The translations under genes were made by a program, and so were the position numbers. Below, piece after piece: positions 50,425 to 63,700 of a stretch of DNA of 64,000 nt. Location: the NCBI RefSeq assembly GCF_006345805.1, contig NC_043004.1:73842001-73906000 (forward strand), written 5' to 3'. The notes under the pieces are model-generated. The model was not told the origin of the DNA, ran no database searches, and was given only the letters and a program-made list of their open reading frames with translations. Origin of the DNA: Octopus sinensis. Lineage: Eukaryota. Positions within the stretch are counted from its first letter, which is position 1; the number at the start of each line of letters is the position of its first letter.

Positions 50425-51250
50425 TCACACACACACACATACGCACACACACGCACGCACACGCACACGCACATACTAGCTTAACCCCCCCCCCCGATAG
50501 TGCGGCTTTTAAGCTAGCTAATGTGGAGGTCTCTTCATTGGGCCTTGAGCCCAATAATGACGCTTCATGCACTGAATACATATCAAATTTTATTAAACTT
50601 GAGTATTTTTCAAGCAATGAACAATTTTCGTCAAAGCAATGATATAATCTGACGATTTGGGACTTATGGCAAATCTTCGGGATAAACAAGTTTTTTGTCT
50701 TCCCGTTCGGCGATCAGTACAGTTTTTTTTTTCTAACCTCATCTCTCTCTCTTTCTCTCTCTCTCTCCCCCCTCTCTCTCTCTCTCTCTCCCTCCCTCTC
50801 TCTTTCTGTTGATTGTTTTTAACCATCACCATCACCAGTACCACTATCGCCACCTCAACTGCCATACACACACCATTCAGACTTCTGACGCCACCACCAT
50901 CAACACCTTTGACTTCGCCACCTTCCCCTCCACTACCATCACCACTCTTTCACTTTTCCTTTACTATCACCGTCATGCTTGACCGCCTCAGCTTCCACCA
51001 TCATCACCGTCGCCTCCGCCTCTATCACAACTACAGCTCATACTATTACTACCACCCCATTACCATCACAACTGTCATTCTACTACTGCCCTCACCGTCT
51101 CTGTACCTACTATTACTCTCACCCCAGCAAGAGGAGTAGAAGTGTCACTGAATTGTGAGGGAGGGGGGGTCAAAGTGTGACACAATGACACACAGAAATT
51201 CGTTTGGCATTTATTATAGATGTATGTATATAGATTTCACTCTATCTATC

Positions 51251-51371
<121 letters not shown>

Positions 51372-51983
51372 TAATATTAGATTTCTTCATTTTGTCAGAA
51401 GAGCAACAGGTGAGAAGGACAGTAAATGAACAGATTAATTAATTAATTGATTGTTTAATTAATTCATTAAAGATAGTTTCTTTGGTTTTTAAAATGCTTA
51501 AATTAAATAACGCTAATTTAAGCATGAAAAAAATTGTTAAGCCTATCTGTGAAATTCAGCCAAGTTTTGTATCTGAAAGGAAGAAAATCCTTGAATCAGA
51601 AGTCATCTGGTATTTCGATTCAATTTCCAGCATGTGCAGGAAATCAGAGCTGGTATACGGTGCCTGGCCTGTAGACGTTAACGATTAGCCCCAGGCTTTG
51701 GTTGAATAACCCAATCATCGAAGAGACAGCCGTGACCACCCCATCTTTTTGGAATGTCTTGTGTGTCCCTTCTTGTTCCAGACGGCAGCAGTTTGCTAAT
51801 TCTGGCAGAGGTTAAGTGACCGTGTATTGACTCTCTTGTCGTAGGAAAACGACGGGATGATCACCTCTGGACTGACCAAGCGCTAAAGAACAACACCAAC
51901 AATAACAACAATCTTTACAACTTGCACGTTTTTAATTACCTGCACCATAGTCCCTACCATCGTTCAACCTTCACTATGTATAC

Positions 51984-52075
51984 CACAGCCTCACAATCAC
52001 TCCGCCATCCACCAGTGCCTCACAATCACTCCGCCATCCACCACAGCCTCACAATCACTCCGCCATCCACCACAG
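51984..52075. repeat. 29-bp minisatellite, 3 copies
   Basis: Unit cacagcctcacaatcactccgccatccac. Confidence 0.9.
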
Positions 52076-52351
52076 ACCCCAGCAGATCTTCAGCCTTCTC
52101 CACTGCTCCTTTCACTGGTATCACAACCTCCAACAGCGTTCGCCATCACCAGCCTCCACTAACTTCAAACATTGTCTAACAGAGCCAGGTTAAGATCCAT
52201 CGAGGTCCTAAGCACTTAAAAGATTTGGGTACCCCCTCCCCCATATATATATAATTCAAAATATAAACATTAATAAACCATAAAATTAATTTTTATTCTT
52301 CAAAATGAAACAGAATGAAACCGTAAGATGGAAAATAATGTTTATTTCTAT

Positions 52352-52733
52352 GGAAGCACTCCGTCGGTTACGACGACGAGGGTTCCGGTTGATCCGAATC
52401 AACGGAACAGCCTGCTCGTGAAATTAACGTGTAAGTAGCTGAGCACTCCACAGACACGTGTACCCTTAACGTAGTTCTCTGGGATATTCAGCGTGACACA
52501 GAGAGTGACAAGCCCGGCCCTTTGAAATACAGGTACAACAGAAACAGGAAGTAAGAGAGAGATAAAGTTGTGGTGAAAGAGTACAGCAGGGATCACCACC
52601 ATCCCCTGCCGGAGCCTCGTGGAGCTTTAGGTGTTTTCGCTCAATAAACACTCACAACGCCCGGTCTGGGAATCGAAACCGCGATCCTATGACCGCGAGT
52701 CCGCTGCCCTAACCACTGGGCCATTGCGCCTCC
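52352..52733 (-). mobile_element. SINE family C, full length, 12-bp TSD
   Basis: TSD gtttatttctat at 52340-52351 and 52734-52745. Confidence 0.93.
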
Positions 52734-52846
52734 GTTTATTTCTATATACTTCCACTTGATCTATTTTTAAAACGTTTTCTACTTTTTTTAATTACAAAAT
52801 TCTTGATCAGGCGCAGGAGTGGCTGTGTGGTAAGTAGCTTGCTTAC

Positions 52847-53977
52847 TTCCGGTTACCCAGAATGCAACACTAGTTGGTCTGGAGTGTTACAGTGAGAACA
52901 CGTGAGTTTTGGCTCCGTGAATAGAAAACAAAAAAAAAAGAAAAATTGTCAATTATGGCTCGCTATAGCGAGCAAAAATATTGTGTTCTCATCAGCATAA
53001 GGGTGAATTGAGAATTTTTGTTTGAAAATTCTTTGGTGTGGCCTTCTTTCGCCAAATAATTTGTAAATTCTAGTGGGCGTATCTCGCTAAAAAAAATGTG
53101 GAATTTTACCGAACTGGAGTACTTCAAGAATAACCCCGACTATTGGATTACCTGTTGGAGTAATATACAAAGGATTCCCTGTCTGTTCTAAGGCTTCGGG
53201 CGGTGGGGGAGAGACTCCGGACAAAGCGGAAGAGCTCCACTCTCCCGAAATCAGGAAGAAAAGAAAAAAGAAAGAACGGGGGGAGATGATGTGCCGTCTG
53301 CATGCCCCAAAGTTGTGCCACCCACGGGGGAAGAAACGACCCCCACCCTTAAAGATGATGAATTAATTATCTTTTTTCTACAAGGGCGGGGAGGTGGAAA
53401 AAATAGTAGAACATAAAGAGACAGTAGATATGCCCTTCACAAGGGATCCCGAATGGCCTCCGCAGATAGCTGTGGAGGTCATAAGGTTTCCCTTGTGGGA
53501 AAGGCTTAAAGGATTTGGGGAGGAGTGTCGCATATGGCCGGGTGGCCCTTACGCGACTTACATGTCCTACATGAGTGAGGCGTGGGAAATGGCGGGATAC
53601 AGGAACTCAAGCGGCATTGAAGATAATGACGAATATATCGATGGATATATCGATGAGTAGGAGGTGAAAAAGCCTTGTTAGAGGGTTTGAAACCTCATCT
53701 TATTGTATTATTTGTAGTGGTTTATAACCTCAATTGTGTGTTTAAAAAAAACATATTAAGTAAGAGGTTTTAGTGCCTCCTTCTTGTAAGAGGTTTGAAA
53801 CCACATCTTGATTTTTTAAAAAAGAGAAAATATGTTTTCGAGAAAAATCCAATCGGTGGGTGTTGGGTTTCGTCTCTCATTTATTAATTCTATTTCATTT
53901 TCATTCATTAATGTGTTTCTCCAGCCCGCAAAGCTACACAATCTTTGTACTGCCTATATGACAGATTTTATGAAATA
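52847..53977 (+). mobile_element. Unclassified non-autonomous retroelement or retrocopy
   Basis: 15-bp TSD aagtagcttgcttac (52832-52846, 53978-53992); AATAAA overlapping the 3' TSD; no RT or endonuclease. Confidence 0.8.
53394..53660 (+). CDS. Residual ORF of the inserted element (unknown protein, possibly an ORF1-like C-terminus)
   Basis: 88 aa non-repetitive; extends about 67 codons upstream if one T of the T6 run at 53372-53377 is removed. Confidence 0.45.
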   Translation: MEKIVEHKETVDMPFTRDPEWPPQIAVEVIRFPLWERLKGFGEECRIWPGGPYATYMSYMSEAWEMAGYRNSSGIEDNDEYIDGYIDE

Positions 53978-54579
53978 AAGTAGCTTGCTTACCAACCACA
54001 CGGTTCCGGGTTCAGTCCCACTGCGTGGTACTTTGAGCAAATGTCTTCTACTATAGCCTCGGGCCGACCGAAGCCTTGTGAGTGGATTTGGTAGACGGAA
54101 ACTGAAAGAAACCCGTCGTATATGTGTATATATGTTTGTGTGTGTGTTTGTGTGTTTGTGTGTCTGTGTTTGTCCCTCCAACATCGTTTGACAACCGATG
54201 CTGGTGTGTTTGCGTCCCTGTAACTTAGCGGTTCGGCAATAGGGACCGACAGAATAAGTTCTAGGCTTACAAAGAATAAGTCCTGGGATCGATTTGCTCG
54301 ACTAAAGGCGGTGCTCCAGCGTGGCCGCAATCAAATGACTGAAACAAGTAAAAGAGTAAAAGAGTAAGAGTAAAAGTAAGAGTATCAGATCCTTGCTATA
54401 TCATGAACTCTTCGAAATCATATTTCCGATCATATAAACCACTTCGAATATCATTTAACCAAGGTTAAAGTGTTTTCTTTTGTGTCGTAAACCATTTACA
54501 ATTTCTGTGGTGCCTCCTTTCCATTAATCTCCTAAACATGTGTTTATTTTGCTTATGGTTAATCCAGCGTTGTTGTTAC

Positions 54580-55800
54580 AACGTCCGACATCACAGTTCC
54601 TCCAGCACCACTACCACAGTCTCCACCACTGTCAATCATTTCCGTAACCTCCAGCATCACCAAAATCTCCTCCGCCGCCGCCTCTCTCTCCATTACCACA
54701 CAATTCTTCCACCATCAAAATTTCCTCCACTATGCACCACCTTAACCTCCAACGACGTCGACATCACCACAACCTCCAATGAGAATCTGAATCTCCACCA
54801 CTTATACAGCACAACATACCTCCATCGCGACTGCTACCACCAACAACAGCACAATTTCTTCCATCCTCTACCACAGTCCACCAATACTACCACCGCGATC
54901 ACGACAAGCTCTACTAACGTCTACCCTTACCGCAGTGCGCATCCACTCTCCACATTGCAACCTCCTTCATCGCTCATCGCCCACACCATTATCGCAACCA
55001 TTAATGCCCCTCTTAACCTCCATTGCTATCACCTGTACCACTTTTATCACAACTAGTTCTGCCACCATAACCTCCACCACCACCTCAAGTTTTACCACCA
55101 TCATAACTAAAACCGCCATTATTACCACCACCACCACCACCACCGAAACTGCCATTACAACCAGCATCGCAATTCCATCTTCGACACCATCACCAACTTC
55201 ACCGGCGGCACCACCACCACCACCACAAACTCCAATCCCAGCACCATCACCAACACCACCACCAGAAAACCTCTACCACTACCAACAACACTACTTCCAA
55301 GACTATCAATACCACTACCACCATCACCACTACAGACTACCATCGCCACAATACAACCTCCTCCACCATCACCACCAGAAAAAACTCCACTACAACCAAA
55401 CCTACCACTTCCACAACCATCACTATCACCACCACCACTTTTAGAAAACCTCCACCACTACCAATACTACCACTTCCATGACCATCACTACCACAACTAC
55501 TACCAACACCACAACCAACAACATCCCTACCACCCCAACAACAACAACCCAAACACGCCTCTTCCATTTTCCTCAATGTTTATTTTCAATCCCCCAGTCA
55601 CGCCTCTCGTGCGAAGTCTGGAATGTCCTTCCTGCCACGCTCGCTCACCCTCTTCCCTCCCATATTGCCCTTCACGTCTCCAGCACCATACCACCCCAAC
55701 CCTAGCGTCTCCACCCTACACACACTTCAGGTACACAGACATCCCTCCATTGCTACCACCTCTATCGTTTCTACTACTTCCGCTGTCATTCACTCGCCAG
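54580..55800. repeat. Cryptic (CAC/CAT/CAA)n low-complexity tract
   Basis: Strong C/A strand skew; ORFs are H/T/P-rich artefacts. Confidence 0.85.
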
Positions 55801-56134
55801 ATGATCCACTTAGAAGACTATGAGCGAGATAACGGTGAGAGCTAAATGGCTGCTGCTCCTGCTGTTTATCCCCAGGGTAACCCTGATCGAACAGAGCTAT
55901 AAACAAAGGGTCGGGGTATTCAATCTTTTTAAGCATATCTAGGAATACATTTTCCAATGTGCCTTGCTTTTTTCTTTTATTTTATTTTTCAAGACGTAGC
56001 GTATAATTTTGAGGTATATATGGCTGTTGTTTCCAGCAGATCGAGTGACCACGCAGACGTTCTCTCGTGTAACATGATCTATCTATCTATCTATCTATCT
56101 ATAATCTATCTGTCTATCTATCTATCTATCTATA

Positions 56135-56167
<33 letters not shown>

Positions 56168-56650
56168 GTCTGTCTATCGATCTATCTATCTATCATATAT
56201 ATATCTAATCTATATCTTTATCATATCTATCTACTATCTATTATCTTCATGTATCTATCTTAAACAATCTCTCTCTTCTCTCCTCTCTCTATATATATAA
56301 TATATATATTATATATATAATTATGGATATATATACATATATATATATCAAGAAATAATTAAGATTCAGTTGAATTAGATACTTTAAGTTGAAGCCCAAG
56401 CAGTCCGGTATTATCCGACAGCGCGAAGGTGAATAAAAGTCAGAATAAGCAACGGATATCAAGTAGTAATGCAGTCGACCGTTTCAAGCGATTCCATTAT
56501 AATTGAAACAATCAATCATTACAGTGCTATCTTGAAGCTGTCCTCAAAATTAAGTCGACTGCATACTAGTGATATCATGTTGCTTATTTGATTGTATAAT
56601 ATATATATAGTGTGTGGTGTGTGTGTGTCGTGTGTGTGTGTGTGTGTGGT

Positions 56651-56686
<36 letters not shown>

Positions 56687-56739
56687 TGTGTACATTTATA
56701 CACATACAAACAACCACAGCTTCATACCACATACAATTC

Positions 56740-57145
56740 TCTGGACATGACCAGAAAGATAGGGTTCGGATATACAGGAAACCTAGAAAGGGGTTAGATA
56801 ATATTATATGTAATGAAACCAGTAACACCTGTTCTAGATACAGACTGGAATAGAATGCAGAGAGTTTGTGACAAAGCAAACAGGGTGAACACATGATATA
56901 AGGCCGACAAATATCAAAGCGTGATGTTTGTAAAGACCACATCCCATAGAGAGCTACCCCAAAGATTTAGGAAAGCTCTAAAGGAGGCCAAACTCAACGT
57001 TACAAATCGTTAAAAAGCCAGGGAGCTCCATTAGTTCACGGTTATGTAGGACGTATCCCTTTGAGAATACCACATATACCAATGAGAACTGCATGATATG
57101 TAAGATTAACCCTGGCATTAATTGTAGAACTAGAAATGTAGTGTT
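56740..57145 (+). mobile_element. Penelope-like element fragment upstream of GIY-YIG
   Basis: T.YKADKYQSVMFV.T...IVKKPGSSISSRLCRTYPF....NENCMICK....NCRTRNVV. Confidence 0.65.
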
Positions 57146-57799
57146 TATCCATCTATATCTTTAACTATTTGTGAGAGCGTACCTATATGTGCGTGTTTGT
57201 CCGAGTGTGTGTGTGTGTGTGGTGCGCGCGCGTAAGAGAGAGGGGTCAGTGTGTGTGCGCGCGCGCGGTTGAGGATTGTTCTTTTACGCTAGCTGTAGTA
57301 TGTACCATGTGTTTTGTGTTATGTTTTGAACATTCGTGTATTGAATGTGTTGCGTGTGTGTGTCTGTGTGGCTGCCAACCGAGCTTCTTAAATACACGGT
57401 TTCATGTGATTAATGGTCATCTTGCTTTGGCCTTCACTGGGTACTAATCACGGATACTTAGAGATTAGTACTTGTATTGTGTAACTGTTTATCATTATAA
57501 TCCGATGACCTGCAGAGGTCTCTTTTGTTATTGCATCTACTGAAAGTCCTACGGCGATGGAAGAATAGCGATATGTGCAGATTCAAGCAGTTGGAAGCGC
57601 ACAGTAAATTACAAGTTCCATCAACCACCTATGATTCAAACCATGCAAATCTACAACGAGATTGACAGGTCATGGATGGAAAATCAGAAATGCCATTGAC
57701 AATGAGGAAGCACAAGGAGACGGCAATCATCTGTGGAGATGGAGCAACCACCATGTATGTATGTATGTATGTATGTATGTATGTATGTATGTATGTATG

Positions 57800-58350
57800 T
57801 CAGGTCTCTTTCGAGTGCTACTGGTAACATGTAACCCAGTACTACCTGTTGCATGGTCGGGTCGTCGGCGACTAAACCGGCAACCCCACCAAGCTCGCTT
57901 AGTGAGGAGGGTGTTTATTGGTCACCCTGAGGGATGAAAAACAAACCCGTCAAAGGCGGAGGAACTTTTGAGAGTCAACGGCCATCTATAAATGTCTTAA
58001 GCTGTATCATGCGCGGGGACATAGAAATAATCGGATTGAATACCCAATCGCGCAGTTAAACCATTGGGAGTGAAGGACTCCTAGCCTTTGTCAGGGCATC
58101 CTTCTAGGAGAAGGCAACTCAGGCAACTGGGATAACTCCGACATAAAACCTGCGGCTCAGTGGTTACCGATGATGTTGACTTGTTCTTCTTTTCGGATTA
58201 TGGCTGCTGTTGCTTAGTGAGTGGGATTGACTCAGTGCACAGCCTTTCCTCACTTAAAAAAATATCTTGTTGCACAGGCATTGCACGATAACAACATTGA
58301 TTAAGCTTCGTGCAATGGCCATACTCGATAACGAGGGGGCGGGGGCAGCC
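57800..58350 (+). mobile_element. RTE-type 5'UTR-like interspersed repeat
   Basis: cagggcatccttctaggagaaggcaactc resembles RTE 5'UTR motifs (from memory). Confidence 0.5.
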
Positions 58351-58767
58351 ACCATATGTCTATGTATGCATATGCTTGTGCTTGTGTGTGCGTTTGTGTA
58401 TATGTGTATATGTGTACATATGTTCTACATACCTCTATATTTATTGTTAAACTCTACTGTGAGTTTGTAGAATGTGTACATAATACGCATGTGTGTATAA
58501 ATGTTCAATGTACCTCCCTATGTGTTCTGTGTTATGCTTGAGTATGTACCAATGTTACCAGATTATGTAAATATCTGATTATGCAAGTTGCCACGCCATT
58601 TTAATTTTTACTACTTTAAATTTTGCTTTAATTTTCAAAGCTAAAAATCCAATCCTATTTAAATATATTAAATTATCGACTAAATGAATTAGAACTGAAC
58701 TACATATAACTCATATATATGGTTCCATAACTTATTCATGAATATTAATTTATATTAATTGTTATTT

Positions 58768-58970
58768 AAGACGGTGAGCTGGCAGAGTTGTTAGCATGTC
58801 GGACAAAATGATTAGCGGCATTTCCTCCGCCTTTACGCTCTGGGCTCAAATTCCGCCAAGGTCGACTTTGCTTTTCACCCTTTCCGAGTGTACCAGTTTA
58901 TACTGGAGGTCGATGTAATCGACTTAACCCTCCCACAAAATTGCTGGATTCGTGCCAAAATCCGAAACTA
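58768..58970 (+). mobile_element. SINE B (B3 tail)
   Basis: Head, core and gccaaaatccgaaac tail. Confidence 0.8.
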
Positions 58971-58981
58971 ATATTAATTAT

Positions 58982-59357
58982 TATTGCTTCCGCCTTAGCG
59001 AAAGCGGAGGTATTGTTTTCAGTCGTGTTTGTCTATTAGTTTGTCCGTGGACAAGATATCTCAAGAACCGCTGGATGGATTCGGATGAAACTTAACGGAT
59101 GTTTGGTCTCATGGCTGGCACGAACTGATTAGATTTTGGGATCGATCCGGTACCGGATAAGGCTTCTGGATTATTTTTCCTTTTTTTTTTTTATACTTAA
59201 TTTTTGAGAGCGGTTGGATTCATTTTTAGTATTCTCGTTTGTGAGAGCAGTCGAGTTTATTTCAGATATTCTCATTTTAAAAATCATCTCTGGCTAATCG
59301 TTGAGAGGACATTGGTGTTGCCTTGGCGGAGATTTGCGCTTTCTGAATGCTCTTGTT
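58982..59357 (+). mobile_element. Helentron-associated (HINE-like) non-autonomous element
   Basis: Sub-terminal tccgcc / ccttggcggag, gatatctcaag...gatggatt...gatgaaact block, 3' gcgct.tctga.tgc hairpin. Confidence 0.6.
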
Positions 59358-59801
59358 CATTACTATTATCATATCTTTCAACGATTTACAAATCATTTCT
59401 GCTCAACGAGTATTATCTTCCGATGATACTCATTGAGTACGAGACGTATAAACTCTGTCATGAATAATACTGGATTTTCCTGCTGCAAACACAGATTAAT
59501 GTTCAACAACATTCTTGCTGAACAAACTACACAAATAAGATCAAATGCTTGTGCTGTACATGAGTTTACTCCCTCCATCAAATTGACATTGTCTGCACAG
59601 GTGCACGGTGGGCCACACGTCAGATGTCGAAGCGATTGCAACGCAATGTAAATTTGCTCAAGAACACAACGCACATGATGGTCCCTGAATCGAAACCACC
59701 AGCTTGCGATTGTGAGTGCAACACCCTAACCACGCGGCCAGGGCGTTTCAAGTGATAAATAATACAACACACACAGCTATGCATATATGTATATATATAT
59801 A

Positions 59802-59866
<65 letters not shown>

Positions 59867-59912
59867 GTTTGTGTGTGTGTTGTGTGTGGGTGTTTGTTGG
59901 TGTGTGTGTGTG

Positions 59913-59970
<58 letters not shown>

Positions 59971-59989
59971 CTGATGGTGTTTACCTCCA

Positions 59990-60765
59990 CGCCAGTTCAA
60001 GTAGCAAAGTGTTTAGTCTGTCGAGGCTGAAAACAAAATCCAAGGTGCACCAGGTACTCGCCAGAGAAATGCTGTTTGCAGACCATGCAGCACTGACAGC
60101 GCCCTCTGAAGAGCAAATGCCTCTCAAAGGCCTGTCAAGAATTCAGTCTGACTATCAGTGTCTTTAGTACGCTGTTTATGGCAGTGAGATGTGGAGCCTC
60201 TAATCTAGACAGGATCGGCATCTCAACGTCTTTCACCTTCGCAATTTAAGACGCATCATGGACATCAAGTGGACCGACCACATCACCAACACCGAAATCC
60301 TCAACTGAGTCAAGATACCCAGCATAAATATCTTGCTGCAGAAGCGTCGTTTGCGCTGCCTTGATCATGTTCATCGCTTGTCTGACTAAAGGATCCCAAA
60401 AGACCTCCTGTATGGGGAATTGGCTACTGGCACAAGAGCACGAGGACGACATCATCTTCATTTCAAAGATGTCTGTAAGAGAGATATGAAGTCGCTTGAT
60501 TTGGACGTCCTGAGATGGGAGGAGGTTGCAAATACTGCGAAGGGAAATGGAGAGAGGCGGAAGAAAAACAGGTCCTCGCAATCGTTGGAAGGAAAAGTTA
60601 GCAGCACCGGCAGAGAGCGCCTTCAAATGCAATCGCTTTATGCATGACCACCACTCCCGTGTGGGCCTGTTCAGCCGCTACAAACGCTGCGCCACCATGA
60701 GTAGCTGACACGATTTCTTTGAGCGCAGATCCATGGCCTCTCGAGACCGACGGATGCTTACAACT
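59990..60765 (+). mobile_element. RTE (BovB-like) LINE 3' fragment with internal deletions
   Basis: DGVYLH...FSLSRLKTKSKV...REMLFAD; YGSE.W; RIPKDLLYGEL..G.R..GR..L.FKDVCKRDMK; SRVGLFS; tail gagaccgacggatgc. Confidence 0.88.
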
Positions 60766-60773
60766 ACTATTAC

Positions 60774-61249
60774 TTGAAACTCTACTCTCTTCAGCGTCGC
60801 CGTGAGCGGTACATCATTTGTACGATGTGGAGAATATACCGCCAACTTTGCCCAAACGACCTGAACATTAGCTTCAAGGCTCATCCAAGACTGGGACCAC
60901 GGGCCATACGTACCCTGCTTAATTCAAGATCACAGCATACATGTACACTGCAACATAATTTCTTTTCCTCAACAGGCGCTGCCCTACTTAACATTGTCCC
61001 GAAAGAGATCAAAGAGGAAAAGGATCCCATCAACTTTTAAACGGAGTCTGGATAGATTCCTTCAAGGAATACCAGATAAGCCACCCATAATTGGATACAA
61101 CTCACCCAACAAAAACTCACTACTTGAATGGACCATAAACAAAACTTGACTTAACAGGATTCAGATAATCCTATCAGGTGGTGCTATTAAGTTATACATG
61201 GCCTGGACTAATCTTGGTCGAAACATATCTAAGTTTTATCTAAGTTTAT
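60774..61249 (+). mobile_element. CR1/L2-group LINE 3' end with tail
   Basis: KLYSLQRRRERY...FKRSLDRFLQGIPDKP...NSLLEW; (atctaagttt)2 tail then (TA)n. Confidence 0.88.
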
Positions 61250-61257
61250 ATATATAT

Positions 61258-61301
<44 letters not shown>

Positions 61302-61490
61302 GTGTGTGTGTGGTGTGTGTGTGTGTGTGTGTGGGTGGGTGTGTGTGTGTGGTGTGTGTATGCGAGGATGATCCGGTTCTTGACTGAAGATTGAAGGCTT
61401 CGAATGTCCCGTCCGGTTTTTTGTATCGTCTCCTAAATGTTTTTGCGTCTTGTCCCAGTTTGTATTTTTATACATACATACACATATATC

Positions 61491-61557
<67 letters not shown>

Positions 61558-61873
61558 ATATATATATACACCATTCACTCACTCACTCACATTTCAGAAC
61601 TTTGTTTCTCTGATGTTACTTTGCTTCAGCGTTATTTATTTTTACATTAATCTTAATCTTATTTCGGCCAGAGTGACACAAAATATATAGTGCGTGTGTT
61701 TTTATTGGCTAAACTGGCTAAATGACCATTCCTAAATACAACAATATCTCTTTCAACACACGATTTCACATCAAAAATCTTGCAAAACAAATATATAAAC
61801 ATAATATATATATATATATCATCATCATCGTTTAACGTCCGCTTTAAACGATGAGACAGACAGACAGACAAAC

Positions 61874-61988
<115 letters not shown>

Positions 61989-62635
61989 ACACACACACAC
62001 ACACACACATTCACTCACTCACTCACATTTCAGAACTTGCTGACTAAGTAACTTGGACACCAGATAAGCAGCTAAAGTTCTTTGAAAAACAGAATGTTTA
62101 TTCACCATGTATTGAAGACTCATTCTTCTCGCTCCTTACTTATATAAATATATGTTTGCAATCCGCACATTTGTGCATATTTGTGAACGTATATGTCTGC
62201 TCACGCGCATGCGTGCATGCGGAGTCAATTTACAGACAAAACATTCATTTTGGGTTTACGTTCTAACACAATCCGTTACTTTTTGAAAATATTTATAAAA
62301 ATTAATCTGATAACCCAAACATGCTGTGAGCTTGTTAAATGCGTGTATGTTACGTATGCATGTGTATATACGTGTTTCGTGCATTATTCTTGTATGTAGT
62401 TATGCTCATTAGGTTGTTTTAGCCATCGCGGCCAAGGCTATGCTGGAGCGCTGTTGTTTCCATGCGCACGCGTGCATGTGTATGCGTGCGCCCGTCAATG
62501 TTCGGTTTTTGCTGTGCAGTTTGGTATGTGCCAATATGAAGAGTGCGTTTGCAGTGTTGTGATACGTCCCCTGCCGCGCACACAAATACATATGCACAGA
62601 CATACGAAAACTATGTATATGTGTACACATGTCTG

Positions 62636-62667
<32 letters not shown>

Positions 62668-62854
62668 TATTTATCTATCTATATAATAATGAAATTATTG
62701 TATACAGTGCTCAGGTGCACCACAACTATCTATCTATCTCTATCTCTGTCTTTCTCTCTCTCTCCTTCTCTCTCCCTCTCTATCTCTCTCTCTCTATATA
62801 TATATATATATTGATAGATAGATAGATGAATAGATAGATAGATAGATAGATGAT

Positions 62855-62896
62855 ACATACATATATACGTAACTACATATATACATACATACATAA

Positions 62897-62927
<31 letters not shown>

Positions 62928-63168
62928 CGTAACTACATACATACATATATACATACATGCACACATACATACATACATACATACATACATACATACGTAA
63001 CTACATACATACATGCACACATACATACATACATATATACGTAACTACATACATACATGCACACATACATACATACATACATACGTAACTACATACATAC
63101 ATACATACATACATACATACATGCACACATACATACATACATACATACGTAACTACATACATACATAC

Positions 63169-63199
<31 letters not shown>

Positions 63200-63200
63200 G
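62855..63200. repeat. (ACAT)n with periodic cgtaacta insertions
   Basis: Markers at 62868, 62928, 62996, 63040, 63084, 63148. Confidence 0.9.
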
Positions 63201-63411
63201 CACACATGTGTGAGTATGTGTGTGTGTGTGTATGTAAGTGAAAGGGTGAGTGAAAGAGGGGAATGGAGTATTTATGTTTGGAAGTACCAACAAAGCCTGG
63301 TTTTTCTCGGTTACAAGTGGGCAGGTTAACTAAATATCACAGTAGTTGCTAGAGGGATGATGATGATGATGATGATGATGAAGGTATTGGCGGCAGCGGT
63401 GATTCGGCAGC

Positions 63412-63700
63412 AGTGGCAATGCGGCGGCAATGGCGATGCGGTGGCAGCGGTGATGCACAATACGGGTGATACGGCGACAGCGGCGATGTGGCGGCAGCGG
63501 CGATGCAGCGATAGTGGCGATGCGGCGTCAGCGGCGATGCGGCGTCAGCGGCGATGTGGCGGCAGCGGCGATGCAGCGATAGTGGCGATGCGGCGTCAGC
63601 GGCGATGCGGCGTCAGCGGCGATGCGGCGTCAGCGGCGATGCGGCGTCAGCGGCGATGCGGCGTCAGCGGCGATGCGGCGTCAGCGGCGATGCGGCGGCA
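63412..63700. repeat. GC-rich 17-bp minisatellite
   Basis: Unit gcggcgatgcggcgtca; 13 clear units at 63480-63700 plus degenerate units upstream. Confidence 0.92.

Larger units (their letters stand above)
52808..54385 (+). mobile_element. SINE A split by a 1.13-kb insertion
   Basis: Head 52808-52846 resumes at 53978 and continues to the tail. Confidence 0.92.

Noticed and set aside
51984-52075. Regularly spaced 29-bp repeats as a CRISPR-like array
   Set aside because: Units are contiguous with no unique spacers; eukaryotic minisatellite
54538-55845. Several 60-170 aa ORFs rich in H, T and P
   Set aside because: Overlapping frames from cryptic CAC/CAT repeats with no domain-like signal
61375-61415. 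CTGAAGA...GAAT motif in a Penelope-like tail remnant
   Set aside because: GAAA core is mutated and there is no stem I complementarity, so it cannot be called a ribozyme
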